A stretch of 63,723 bases of DNA, taken from contig JBLNAA010000071.1 in the NCBI GenBank assembly GCA_050259135.1, positions 1-63,723 on the forward strand, read 5' to 3'. The position numbers were made by a program, and so were the translations under genes. Source of the DNA: Methylocystaceae bacterium (GTDB taxonomy: Bacteria > Bacillota > Syntrophomonadia > Syntrophomonadales > JBLNAA01). The notes below the pieces were generated by a model, which worked only from the letters and a program-made list of their open reading frames with translations, made no database searches and was not told the DNA's origin. This document shows, piece by piece, positions 20,304 through 29,599 of this stretch (the first letter of the stretch is position 1; each line of letters begins with the position of its first letter).

Positions 20304-20331
20304 CCTGACTTTTAATGGTCAGGATTTTTTT
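20304..20331 (+). terminator. intrinsic terminator after pit
   Basis: CCTGAC-TTTTAATG-GTCAGG followed by ATTTTTTT. Confidence 0.7.
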
Positions 20332-20450
20332 ATGGCTTAATATATGTTAAATTTGAGCAGTTAAGGCCGATACTTTCAGACAATACAGTATTTATCGACA
20401 TAACGATGGCTTATTTTGGGAGCCAAAAGAATATTGAGTCTAAGTAAAAA

Positions 20451-20481
20451 TTTATGATTGTTATCATAAATATGTTAGAAT
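20451..20481 (+). promoter_or_regulatory. perfect 8-4-8 palindrome (candidate Rex-type operator) overlapping an extended -10 promoter for rex
   Basis: TTTATGAT-TGTT-ATCATAAA (20451-20470) is followed by TG-n-TAGAAT (20473-20481). It has the same architecture as the Rex consensus TTGTGAA-N4-TTCACAA but a divergent sequence. Confidence 0.4.
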
Positions 20482-20534
20482 CTTTGGTACGAGTGAGAAT
20501 TAAGGAGATTTTTATAGAAAAGAGGTTGTCATTG

Positions 20535-21164
20535 GTGAAGGCATTTAAAATACCGGAAGCCACTGTAATGAGATTATCCGTATATTCTCGACATTTAGCC
20601 CAGTTGATGAACGAAGGTATTATAACAGTATCATCGGGAGAGATCGCCCGGGGTGTAGGTGTGAGTTCAGCTCAGGTGCGCAAGGATCTGGCTTACTTTG
20701 GAGATTTTGGCACCCGGGGGGTTGGATATAATGTTCAGGAGTTGTATAACCATATAATGCGCATACTGGGCCTTAATGGGCGCTGGAACGTGGTTATGGT
20801 TGGGGCAGGCAGGTTGGGATCAGCGCTGGCTGGCTATCGTGGATTTGAAGAACGCGGTTTTAACATAGTCGGACTTTTAGATAATAATGCTGATCTGGTA
20901 GGAAAACAGATTGATCACCTGATAGTAGAGCCGCTGGAACGTTTGGAAGCTATTATCAAGGAGCAAAATGTTCGGATTGGTATTGTTTCAGTTCCCGGTA
21001 ATGCGGCTCAGGAAGTTACCGACTTATTAGTGAAAGCCGGGGTTAAAGCGGTGTTGAATTTTGCTCCCCGGATCATTAAAGTGCCTAACAATGTTATCCT
21101 TCGTAATGTTGACTTGACTGTTAACCTGGAAGTTCTGAGCTTTAATCTGGCTAATCGGGGTTAA
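20535..21164 (+). CDS. rex: redox-sensing transcriptional repressor Rex
   Basis: Contains KIPEATVMRLSVYSRHL (winged helix) and VVMVGAGRLGSALAGY (Rossmann NADH site). The start is GTG 20535 or TTG 20532, after AAGAGG. The track start 20454 lies inside the promoter palindrome. Confidence 0.9.
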   Translation: MKAFKIPEATVMRLSVYSRHLAQLMNEGIITVSSGEIARGVGVSSAQVRKDLAYFGDFGTRGVGYNVQELYNHIMRILGLNGRWNVVMVGAGRLGSALAGYRGFEERGFNIVGLLDNNADLVGKQIDHLIVEPLERLEAIIKEQNVRIGIVSVPGNAAQEVTDLLVKAGVKAVLNFAPRIIKVPNNVILRNVDLTVNLEVLSFNLANRG

Positions 21165-21194
21165 TGGCGTTAAAGTTAAGATAAGAGTTATTAT

Positions 21195-21247
21195 AATCCT
21201 CCTTATGCACTTCCCTTAAAGGTGAATTACATCAAGGAGGATTTTTT
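21195..21247 (+). terminator. terminator after rex
   Basis: AATCCTCCTT...AAGGAGGATT forms a 10-bp stem with a structured 29-nt apical region, followed by TTTTT. Confidence 0.6.
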
Positions 21248-21357
21248 AGTGTGTTGGCTGGATATATGTCGTCAGGTATCTCCGATGATTGGATATGGTG
21301 TTTTCTTCCTACTGGTACTGGGTTACAATAACAAATGAATCAATCGAGGTGATAATA

Positions 21358-21615
21358 GTGAATAGTCGTCATACCAGCTGGAGCATGCTTCTATTATTGA
21401 TGGTGGTTGGTGCCTTAATATTTGCTTACCTGGGTGAGTTGGTGGTAGCTTATGTGCCTGGCCTGGCACGTTGGGGCAGTGGTTCAATGGTCGGAGTTCC
21501 GGCAGTAACACTTAATTTATCAGTTATTAAACTTTCGTTATCATTACTTATAAAGGTAAACCTATTTACTGTTTTGGGATTGATTACCGGATTTTTAGTA
21601 TTCCGGCGATTGTAA
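21358..21615 (+). CDS. small membrane protein, DUF4321-like
   Basis: About 85 aa with two hydrophobic helices. It occupies the conserved position just upstream of maf in Clostridia. GTG 21358 follows GAGGTGA. The family name is from memory and has not been searched. Confidence 0.5.
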   Translation: MNSRHTSWSMLLLLMVVGALIFAYLGELVVAYVPGLARWGSGSMVGVPAVTLNLSVIKLSLSLLIKVNLFTVLGLITGFLVFRRL

Positions 21616-21655
21616 TCACTGACTATAATGTTAACTTGAAAGGTGACAGGAAAGT

Positions 21656-22231
21656 TTGCAGATCATCCTTGCATCGGCTTCACCCCGTCGTTATCAGTTG
21701 TTACAGCAATTAGGCCTGGATTTTTTAGTAGTGCCTGCTGATGTAAATGAGAACATTACCGCTGCTTCACCATGGGAGTTGGCTGAGGAGTTAGCCAGGC
21801 AGAAAGCACGCCGGGTAGCTTCTCTTTACCCCCAGGCAATAGTCATCGCCGCTGATACCATGGTGGTTATTGACGGTCAAATATTAGGCAAACCCGGCAG
21901 CCAGGATGAAGCCCGCTCCATGTTAAATCGGCTGTCAGGCCGTGAACACCAGGTAATAACTGGTGTATCGGTACAGTGCCAGACTCGGGGTTATAATAAA
22001 ACAGAAACTGAAACCACCAGAGTGGTATTCCGTGAACTGCAATCGCGAGAAATTGAGGCTTATATCGATAGTCGAGAATCTTTTGATAAAGCTGGTGCTT
22101 ATGGTATTCAAGGCCGGGGGGCGTTATTGGTAACCAGAATTGAGGGTTGTTATTTTAATGTGGTAGGGCTGCCCTTAAATCGATTAGGTTTAATGCTTCG
22201 GGATCTGGGGATATATCTATTGGGGGGATAA
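21656..22231 (+). CDS. maf: Maf-like nucleoside-triphosphate pyrophosphatase (septum formation protein)
   Basis: Contains IILASASPRR and AGAYGIQG. TTG start. Confidence 0.92.
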   Translation: MQIILASASPRRYQLLQQLGLDFLVVPADVNENITAASPWELAEELARQKARRVASLYPQAIVIAADTMVVIDGQILGKPGSQDEARSMLNRLSGREHQVITGVSVQCQTRGYNKTETETTRVVFRELQSREIEAYIDSRESFDKAGAYGIQGRGALLVTRIEGCYFNVVGLPLNRLGLMLRDLGIYLLGG

Positions 22232-22236
22232 ATAGG

Positions 22237-22938
22237 ATGGATGCGGCAGTTTACCGAACCATTCCTGAGTTACCTCTTGACCTTAGACCACGTGAAAGGT
22301 TAAAGGAACACGGAGAAGGAGCACTTTCCAGTGCCGAACTGTTGGCCATATTATTGGGATCAGGTACTCATCAGCAATCAGCTCTGAGTCTGGCTGCCGA
22401 ATTGTTGAGTCATAATGAGGGACTTCGCTTTTTGGCAACCTCCAGTTTCAGTGAACTGGAGCAGATCAAGGGTTTAGGTATGGCTAAAACCGCCCGCATC
22501 AAAGCAGCTTTGGAGTTAGGAAGAAGAATCGCTATCCAAACCCTCAATCGACCGCTGATTAAATCGGCCGAAGATGTTAAGAATATGGTCATGGAAGAAA
22601 TGCGTATGCTGGATCGCGAACATTTTCGGGCGCTTTATCTGGATCGCAAGCTGAGGCTTATTGCTCTGGAGACGATAGCTATTGGGGGACTGTCCAGCGC
22701 ACTAATCCATCCGCGGGAGGTATTTAAACCCGCAGTTCAACGCAGTGCGGCTTCAATTATTCTGGTACATAACCACCCAAGTGGCGACCCTGCACCTTCG
22801 GCGGAAGATATTGAAATTACCCGCCGTATGAAAGCTGCCGGACAGGTTATGGGTATTGATATATTAGATCACATTATTATTGGTGATAATCGCTATGCCA
22901 GCCTTAATGGAATGGGGCTGCTAGCTGAAAACAAATAG
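22237..22938 (+). CDS. radC: RadC-family JAB-domain protein
   Basis: Contains HNHPSGDPAPSAED (JAMM motif) and an N-terminal HhH region. Confidence 0.92.
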   Translation: MDAAVYRTIPELPLDLRPRERLKEHGEGALSSAELLAILLGSGTHQQSALSLAAELLSHNEGLRFLATSSFSELEQIKGLGMAKTARIKAALELGRRIAIQTLNRPLIKSAEDVKNMVMEEMRMLDREHFRALYLDRKLRLIALETIAIGGLSSALIHPREVFKPAVQRSAASIILVHNHPSGDPAPSAEDIEITRRMKAAGQVMGIDILDHIIIGDNRYASLNGMGLLAENK

Positions 22939-22967
22939 ATTAATGGTAAACCAAGGAGGCAAGTTAG

Positions 22968-23987
22968 ATGTTTTTCGCTAAAGATATGGGGGTAGACCTG
23001 GGAACCGCTAATACTCTGGTTCATCTCAAAGGCAAAGGTATAGTACTCCGGGAACCATCAGTGGTTGCTATTCAAAGTGATAGCGGTAAAGTCTTGGCCG
23101 TTGGTTCGGAGGCCAAGCAAATGATAGGCCGTACACCTGGTAATATAGTAGCTATTCGACCGATGAAGGATGGAGTAATTGCCGATTTTGATATTACTCA
23201 ATCCATGCTCAAATATTTTATCAGTAAGGCCATGGGACAGGGGACCTTGTTAGCCAAACCCCGTGTGGTCGTCAGCGTGCCGACCGGGGTAACCACGGTA
23301 GAGGAAAGAGCGGTTCGCGAAGCCGCTTTACAGGCAGGAGCTAAAGAAGCTTATTTAATTGAAGAGCCTATGGCAGCTGCAATCGGTGCCGGTCTGCCGG
23401 TACATGAACCCACCGGTAATATGATTGTTGATATTGGCGGCGGCACTACCGAAGTAGCTGTAATATCACTGGGAGGGATTGTGACTGCTCGTTCAGTACG
23501 GGTTGCTGGTGACGAAATGGATGATTCCATCATCCAACACTTGAAAAAGACCTACAGCCTTTTGATTGGTGAGCGTACGGCCGAAGATATTAAAATTAAT
23601 ATCGGCTCTGCTCTGTGGGAAGGCGAGGCTGCTTATTATGAAGTTCGGGGACGTGATTTGATTACCGGATTACCGAAAACCATTCAGGTTTCATCTTTGG
23701 AGATTCAGGAAGCTTTATCGGAACCGGTGGCAGCAATAATTGAAGCTATTAAAGTATGTCTGGAGAAAACACCTCCGGAATTGGCTGCTGACATTATGGA
23801 TCGGGGTATAGTGCTGGCCGGTGGCGGATCATTGCTGCGGGGACTTGATACCCTGGTAACTCAGGAGACTAACATGCCGGTCTATGTGTGTGAAGAACCA
23901 CTGTTGGCAGTAGCACGAGGTACCGGTAAAGTGCTCGAAAATATTGAAGTCTTAAAGAGGGTTTTAATCAGCCCCCGTCGGATTTAG
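22968..23987 (+). CDS. mreB: rod-shape-determining actin homologue MreB
   Basis: Contains DLGTANTLV and [25 protein letters not shown]. Confidence 0.96.
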   Translation: MFFAKDMGVDLGTANTLVHLKGKGIVLREPSVVAIQSDSGKVLAVGSEAKQMIGRTPGNIVAIRPMKDGVIADFDITQSMLKYFISKAMGQGTLLAKPRVVVSVPTGVTTVEERAVREAALQAGAKEAYLIEEPMAAAIGAGLPVHEPTGNMIVDIGGGTTEVAVISLGGIVTARSVRVAGDEMDDSIIQHLKKTYSLLIGERTAEDIKINIGSALWEGEAAYYEVRGRDLITGLPKTIQVSSLEIQEALSEPVAAIIEAIKVCLEKTPPELAADIMDRGIVLAGGGSLLRGLDTLVTQETNMPVYVCEEPLLAVARGTGKVLENIEVLKRVLISPRRI

Positions 23988-24014
23988 TCAATATGGCAGA
24001 GGAGAATAGGTGAA

Positions 24015-24899
24015 GTGGGGGCAATTTGGAGAAATCGATGGTGGTGGCTGGTAATAGTTATAATACTAGCCCTGCTGTCGCTTGCCCATTGGAGCGGTCA
24101 AGAAAGATCAGGCTTAACTGTACCGGAAAGAGTGGTACGGGTATTTTATGGTTATCTGCAGACCGGAGTTGCCGAGACCGGTTCTGTTTTTGATAACTTC
24201 GGTTTTTATTTGACCAGCAAAGAACGTTTGCACAACGACAACAAACGGCTGCAAGCCGAAGCTGATCAGTTGCGGTTGGAGATTCAACGTCTCAAGGAAT
24301 ATCAAATGGAAGCCCAGAGATTACAGCAATTATTGGGTTTCCGCAATTACTCTCCCCAGTATCAGCAGTTAGGGGCGAAGGTAATTGCCCGCAGCCTGGG
24401 TTACTGGAATGAGACTGTATTTATTGACCGGGGAAGTGCTGATGGCGTAAAACGCGATCTGGCAGTTATCACTCCTGATGGGTTAATCGGCCGGATTATC
24501 AATGTTCAGAAAAATACCAGCGAGGTTTTACTGATCACCAGCCGTCAAAGCGGTGTCGGAACGGTAGTTCAACAAACCCGTGCCCCGGGTATTGTTAATG
24601 GTTTGGGCAACGACGGCTATCTGGCTATGAACAATATCCCTTATTTCGTTAAAATCTATAAGGATGATCAAGTTATTACTTCGGGTTTAAGCAGTGTATT
24701 TCCGCCGGGGATACCGGTCGGCAAAATAGTTGATGTCAAAACTGATCAAAATGGTCTGACCCGCAGTGCCAGGTTAAAGCCGTCAGCGGATATGGATAGG
24801 CTGGAAGAGGTTATAGTGGTGATAGGGTATAATCCTCAGGCGGCACCTTCCATACAAAACACTGGAACCGGGGATGCCAGCCAGGGGAGGACACCATAG
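24015..24899 (+). CDS. mreC: rod-shape-determining protein MreC
   Basis: Has an N-terminal TM helix, a coiled coil (NKRLQAEADQLRLEIQRLKE) and a beta-barrel C-terminus. Shows mreBCD synteny. Confidence 0.9.
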   Translation: MGAIWRNRWWWLVIVIILALLSLAHWSGQERSGLTVPERVVRVFYGYLQTGVAETGSVFDNFGFYLTSKERLHNDNKRLQAEADQLRLEIQRLKEYQMEAQRLQQLLGFRNYSPQYQQLGAKVIARSLGYWNETVFIDRGSADGVKRDLAVITPDGLIGRIINVQKNTSEVLLITSRQSGVGTVVQQTRAPGIVNGLGNDGYLAMNNIPYFVKIYKDDQVITSGLSSVFPPGIPVGKIVDVKTDQNGLTRSARLKPSADMDRLEEVIVVIGYNPQAAPSIQNTGTGDASQGRTP

Positions 24900-25400
24900 A
24901 TGAGCTATTGGCGTCTGATGGTGTTGATAATCTTGCCAGTTTTTTCAATTTTACTGGAGAGTACGTTTTTTTCATCTTATCATTTTTGGGGTATTACTCC
25001 CGATCTGTTGTTAATTTTCGTGGTTTTCATTAGTATACTTGACGGCCGGAAGGCGGGGGCTATCTATGGATTTACCTGCGGTTTGCTGTTAGATTTATTT
25101 CTGGCTCGATATATTGGGGTTAATGCCCTGAGTTTGGCTATAACCGGATATATAACCGGTATCTTCCGCCGTCTCGTCTACCCGGAACACCTGTTAGCGC
25201 CGTTACTGGCAGTGGCAGTCGGCACCTTGTTAAACCAGATTGCCACCTTTGTCATCATGTATTTGATCGGGGCTAGTGTTGGTATCACCCAGAGCTATAT
25301 TCTGGGTACCGCGATACAGGCTGGTTTTAATATCCTACTGACCATCCCCTTATACATCTGGTATTATAAGTCCTATCATCAAGGAGCTCTGCGGCCCTAG
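24900..25400 (+). CDS. mreD: rod-shape-determining protein MreD
   Basis: 166-aa polytopic protein that starts immediately after the mreC stop. Confidence 0.85.
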   Translation: MSYWRLMVLIILPVFSILLESTFFSSYHFWGITPDLLLIFVVFISILDGRKAGAIYGFTCGLLLDLFLARYIGVNALSLAITGYITGIFRRLVYPEHLLAPLLAVAVGTLLNQIATFVIMYLIGASVGITQSYILGTAIQAGFNILLTIPLYIWYYKSYHQGALRP

Positions 25401-25420
25401 CAAGGAAGTGATCAATTTTC

Positions 25421-27490
25421 ATGCATAACGACGAAATTAAGAAAAATCTCAGGGCTTTCTGGTGGGTAGCCCTGGGTTTTTATTTCTTATTGTTAGGACG
25501 CCTCGCCATAGTTCAATTCATTCAGCAGGATAAATATGAGACCCTGTCCAAGGAAAATCGTATGCGGCTGGTCAGCATCAAAGCCCCTCGCGGAGAAATA
25601 CTTGATCGTAACGGGAAAATTTTAGCCCAAAACAAATTGGTTTACACGGTTTATATAAGTCCGACCGGAGTTAAAAATCAAGATAAAAGTATCGATCATC
25701 TGGTCAGTATACTCGGTGGGCGTTATCCCGAAGTAACCCGGGACTATATTTTATCACTGGTTGAAAAACAGAAATATAAGCTTTTTGAACCAATTGCCCT
25801 GGTTCGAGATATTGATTGGCAGACGGTTACCAAAATCCAGGAGTCGGCCAACGAACTGCCGGGGGTTACGATCGGTATAGAGCCGCTGCGCTACTATGCC
25901 AATCTGGACCTGGCCGGACATATAATGGGTTATGTGCACCCAATCTACAGTAAGGAAGAACTGGCCAAATACGATGAGAATGCTTATAGTATCGGTGATT
26001 TGGTTGGTAAGGACGGTATTGAAAAAGTCTATGAGAAATGGCTTAAAGGTAAAGATGGTGCCCGTCGGGTAGAAGTGGATGCCTATGCCAGGCCAATTCG
26101 CGAGTTGGTAACTCTGCAGCCCAAGGCCGGTAACAATGTAAAGCTCACTATTGATGCCGATTTGCAAACCGTTCTTCAGCAATCAACGGCCAATGTTCTA
26201 TCCAACCTTCCGAATCCCAAGGCCAAGGTTGCTTCAGCGGTAGTAATTAATGTCAAAACGGGTGCGATTCTAGCTCTTACCAGTTTCCCTGAGCTTAATC
26301 CTAATGATTTTACTAAGAGTATGAATGCCCAAACTGCCCGCTACTATTTCCCTGATACCAAGGATGAACAAGGTAACTCGGTTTATGATCCAAGAGAACC
26401 AGGGGCGGCAACCAATCGTGCACTGCAGGCAACCTATCCCCCAGGCTCCACTTTTAAGCCGATAGTGGGAATGGCAGCTATGGAAAGCGGCCGTATGACT
26501 CCCACTGCCGATTATGTCAATTGTACCGGACGCTATTGGCTGCCGCCATATATAGCCTGTACGGGAGTTCACGGCAACGTTAACCTTAACCGGGCGATGG
26601 CAGTTTCATGTAACGTATACTTTCAGGAAATGGGCCGCCGTGCGGGCAAAGATGAGCTAATTAAAGTTGCCTCTCAATTTGGTTTGGGCTCTAAAACCGG
26701 GGTTGATCTGCCGTTTGAAAAGTCGGGATTATTACCAACCCCTCAATGGAAAAAGGATATCAATGGCGTAATAATCGACCGGCGCTATGAAAATCGCCGT
26801 GATGAAGTAAATCGCAAATATGAGCTCCTGCTGAGTAATGCCCAGGACGAAAAACAGAAGGCGGAGTTAAATAAGGAGAAACAAAAGGAACTGCGGAAAT
26901 TAAAGGCCTGGTATGAAATTGATTATAACTTTAATACCAAGTGGCAGCCATTTGATACCTATAATATGTCGATAGGTCAGGGGAATAACAGTTATACACC
27001 AATCCAGCTCGCCAATTATGTTGCTGCCATCGCTAACAACGGCGTTCGAATGAAGCCTTATGTAGTTGACAGTATTATTTCCCCCGAGGGTAAAGTCCTA
27101 AAGCAAAATCAGCCACAGGAAGTTGAACATTCGACGGTGCCGCCTGAAGTCATAAGCAGTGTCAAGCGAGCTATGTTGGAAGTAGGAGAAAACGGTACCG
27201 CAGCTTTTCTATTTGCAAATTTTCCCCAGAATATTCAAGTAGCAGCTAAGACTGGTACGGCTCAAACCGGCAGAAAGGGAGATATCAAGGACAAGGACTT
27301 TCATGGTGTATTTATTGCCTTTGCCCCTTATGATAACCCGGAGATAGCCTTTGCCGGTGTGGTTGAGTATGGACTTCATGGTGGGTCTTCAGCCGGGTTA
27401 ATCTGTAAAGATGTTTTTGAACATTACTTCAAGGTTAAAAATCATTTAGATGTTACGAAGCCGGAAAATGTCGGCTTGCTTACCGAATAA
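25421..27490 (+). CDS. mrdA: penicillin-binding protein 2 (class B, elongasome transpeptidase)
   Basis: Has STFKP (SxxK), SCN (SxN) and KTGTA (KTG). Lies in the mreBCD / mrdA / rodA neighbourhood. Confidence 0.92.
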   Translation: MHNDEIKKNLRAFWWVALGFYFLLLGRLAIVQFIQQDKYETLSKENRMRLVSIKAPRGEILDRNGKILAQNKLVYTVYISPTGVKNQDKSIDHLVSILGGRYPEVTRDYILSLVEKQKYKLFEPIALVRDIDWQTVTKIQESANELPGVTIGIEPLRYYANLDLAGHIMGYVHPIYSKEELAKYDENAYSIGDLVGKDGIEKVYEKWLKGKDGARRVEVDAYARPIRELVTLQPKAGNNVKLTIDADLQTVLQQSTANVLSNLPNPKAKVASAVVINVKTGAILALTSFPELNPNDFTKSMNAQTARYYFPDTKDEQGNSVYDPREPGAATNRALQATYPPGSTFKPIVGMAAMESGRMTPTADYVNCTGRYWLPPYIACTGVHGNVNLNRAMAVSCNVYFQEMGRRAGKDELIKVASQFGLGSKTGVDLPFEKSGLLPTPQWKKDINGVIIDRRYENRRDEVNRKYELLLSNAQDEKQKAELNKEKQKELRKLKAWYEIDYNFNTKWQPFDTYNMSIGQGNNSYTPIQLANYVAAIANNGVRMKPYVVDSIISPEGKVLKQNQPQEVEHSTVPPEVISSVKRAMLEVGENGTAAFLFANFPQNIQVAAKTGTAQTGRKGDIKDKDFHGVFIAFAPYDNPEIAFAGVVEYGLHGGSSAGLICKDVFEHYFKVKNHLDVTKPENVGLLTE

Positions 27491-27521
27491 TGTCATAAAT
27501 AAATTAGCTTAAACCTTCATT

Positions 27522-27561
27522 ATTAGGGGGATTTAGACCATATTCCCCCTAATATTTTTTT
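27522..27561 (+). terminator. intrinsic terminator after mrdA
   Basis: ATTAGGGGGA-12 nt-TCCCCCTAAT forms a 10-bp stem followed by ATTTTTTTC. Confidence 0.8.
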
Positions 27562-27625
27562 CTTCTCTGGAGGAAAAAAATGGAATTCATTGAATTAAAA
27601 GTTAATTATAAAGGGGGTGGACCTG

Positions 27626-28264
27626 ATGCCAGTTGAAGAGGTAATGGTTAAAGGTAACCAGCAGGGTGTGATCATTCAGCTGGATTCGAAAGCGGGATTC
27701 TCTGCCTTAAAGGAGCAGCTAAAATCTCGAGTTAAAAACTTGGATCATGCCCTGATGGGGGCTGAGGTCACGATTAACATCGGCAATAAATTACTTACCC
27801 GCAATGAAATAGATGAAATGCGTGAAATTTTAGAGGCCCGTGGTCTTAATCTGGTTCAGGTGGTCAGCAAAGAACACACTATTGAAGTACCGCCGCTGAC
27901 CAGCGATGAGGCTGAGCCGCTGACCCGACTGACTACAGGGCGGACCCTGTTTATCACCCGTCATTTAAGGTCCGGTCAGCAGGTAAGCTTTGCTGGTAAT
28001 GTGGTAGTTTTGGGGGATGTAAATCCGGGAGCTGAGATAATTGCCACCGGGCACATCTTGATTATGGGTACTCTAAGAGGTTTAGCCCATGCAGGATGTA
28101 AAGGCGATGAGCGGGCGATTGTTACTGCTCTCAAACTGTCTCCCACCCAACTCCGAATTGCCAACCATATCACCCATGCTCCCGAAAATCAGACCCCGGT
28201 TGATGTACTGCAGCCGGAGGTTGCCCTATTCAAGGATAACCGCGTAGTTATTGAAAAGCTGTAA
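27626..28264 (+). CDS. minC: septum site-determining protein MinC
   Basis: The C-terminal beta-helix motif region reads GDVNPGAEIIATGHILIMGTLRGLAHAG. ATG 27626 lies about 9 nt after AAGGGGG; the track GTG 27617 abuts the SD. Confidence 0.9.
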   Translation: MPVEEVMVKGNQQGVIIQLDSKAGFSALKEQLKSRVKNLDHALMGAEVTINIGNKLLTRNEIDEMREILEARGLNLVQVVSKEHTIEVPPLTSDEAEPLTRLTTGRTLFITRHLRSGQQVSFAGNVVVLGDVNPGAEIIATGHILIMGTLRGLAHAGCKGDERAIVTALKLSPTQLRIANHITHAPENQTPVDVLQPEVALFKDNRVVIEKL

Positions 28265-28336
28265 ATGACGATTTAAGCGCGGAGAAGATATATGTACCAG
28301 GTTTGGCTATATCAGGAGGAAATGGAGGAGGGCCTA

Positions 28337-29137
28337 ATGACTACTGGGATGGTTTATGTTATTACATCAGGCAAAGGAGGAGTAGGTAAGACTACTACAA
28401 CTGCTAATTTAGGAACTGCATTGTCTTTAATGGGTAACAAAGTGGTTATGGTCGATACTGACATTGGCCTGCGTAATTTAGATGTGGTTATGGGTCTTGA
28501 AAATCGGATTGTGTTTGATCTGGTTGATGTCGCAACTGGACACTGCCGGCTTAAACAGGCCCTGATAAAAGACCGTCGGGTGGAAGGACTCTCCTTACTC
28601 CCGGCAGCACAAACCAAAGAGAAAACGGCGGTAAGTCCGCATCAAATGCGGGCTATTTGTGAGGAACTAAAAAAAGAATATGATTATGTGCTGATTGATT
28701 GCCCGGCTGGTATCGAACAGGGTTTCAAGAATGCTATTGCCGGGGCTGATGAAGCGATTGTGGTTGCCACACCTGAGGTATCATCAGTTCGGGACGCGGA
28801 CCGGATTATTGGATTGCTGGAAGCAGCCGGGATGACTGAACCGCTGCTGGTCATTAACCGTTTTCGCCCTCGAATGGTGCGACGTGGTGATATGATGGAT
28901 ACCACTGACATGCTGGAAATCCTCGCTGTTGACCTCCTGGGGGTAGTACCTGAGGATGAAGCGATTGTGGTTTCAACCAATCGTGGTGAGCCGTTGGTTC
29001 TGGAAAACGGGACCCGGGCCGGTGAAGCTTACCGGCGTATCTCTCGGCGTCTATCTGGAGAAGAAGTGCCCTTTATTCCACTGGAGAGCGACGGCCTGTT
29101 TACACGTTTGGGGCGTATGCTGAAGCTGGCTAGATAG
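28337..29137 (+). CDS. minD: septum site-determining ATPase MinD
   Basis: Has the deviant Walker A SGKGGVGKTT and a C-terminal amphipathic helix (LFTRLGRMLKL). ATG 28337 follows GGAGGAGG. Confidence 0.95.
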   Translation: MTTGMVYVITSGKGGVGKTTTTANLGTALSLMGNKVVMVDTDIGLRNLDVVMGLENRIVFDLVDVATGHCRLKQALIKDRRVEGLSLLPAAQTKEKTAVSPHQMRAICEELKKEYDYVLIDCPAGIEQGFKNAIAGADEAIVVATPEVSSVRDADRIIGLLEAAGMTEPLLVINRFRPRMVRRGDMMDTTDMLEILAVDLLGVVPEDEAIVVSTNRGEPLVLENGTRAGEAYRRISRRLSGEEVPFIPLESDGLFTRLGRMLKLAR

Positions 29138-29140
29138 AGG

Positions 29141-29425
29141 GTGATGGTTATGGTGTTGATCGAATTTGTAGCTCGCCTGCTGGCGCGAACCGACACTCCC
29201 AGGCAGGTGGCTAAAGAAAGGTTGAGGCTGGTGCTGGTTCATGATCGGGGTGATGCTTTACCACCAGGATTTTTAGAATCCTTAAAGGAAGACCTGATCA
29301 AGGTAATTTCAAACTATTTTGAAATCGATGAGCATGATCTGGAAGTAACTTTTTCCAATTATGACAACACGGTGGCTTTGGTAGCTAACATACCTTTCGT
29401 CAGTATTAAAAGAGTGGCTGGTTAG
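29141..29425 (+). CDS. minE: cell-division topological specificity factor MinE
   Basis: Contains VAKERLRLVLVHDR. The start is uncertain: GTG 29141 or ATG 29150. Confidence 0.88.
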   Translation: MMVMVLIEFVARLLARTDTPRQVAKERLRLVLVHDRGDALPPGFLESLKEDLIKVISNYFEIDEHDLEVTFSNYDNTVALVANIPFVSIKRVAG

Positions 29426-29449
29426 ACTAATAATAATTATAGATTTCAG

Positions 29450-29479
29450 GGAGCTTCTTAAAAATGGGAAGCTCCTTTT
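29450..29479 (+). terminator. intrinsic terminator after minE
   Basis: GGAGCTTC-10 nt-GAAGCTCC followed by TTTT. Confidence 0.7.
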
Positions 29480-29526
29480 ACTTTGTCTCCGGTTAGCTTT
29501 GGTTTAATCCAGGTAAATGCTCAAGG

Positions 29527-29556
29527 TTTACAGCGTTTTGCTGCTATGCGTATAAT
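29527..29556 (+). promoter_or_regulatory. sigma-A-type promoter for rodA
   Basis: TTTACA, 18-nt spacer, TATAAT. Confidence 0.5.
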
Positions 29557-29599
29557 CAAAGGGAAATTTTAATGTGTTTGATCTTTTAAGGAGCCAGTT

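Noticed and set aside
27580-27636. 18-codon upstream ORF (MEFIELKVNYKGGGPDAS) with a good SD, overlapping the minC start.
   Set aside because: It is very short and I cannot assess conservation. It may simply be fortuitous. It is kept only as a note.
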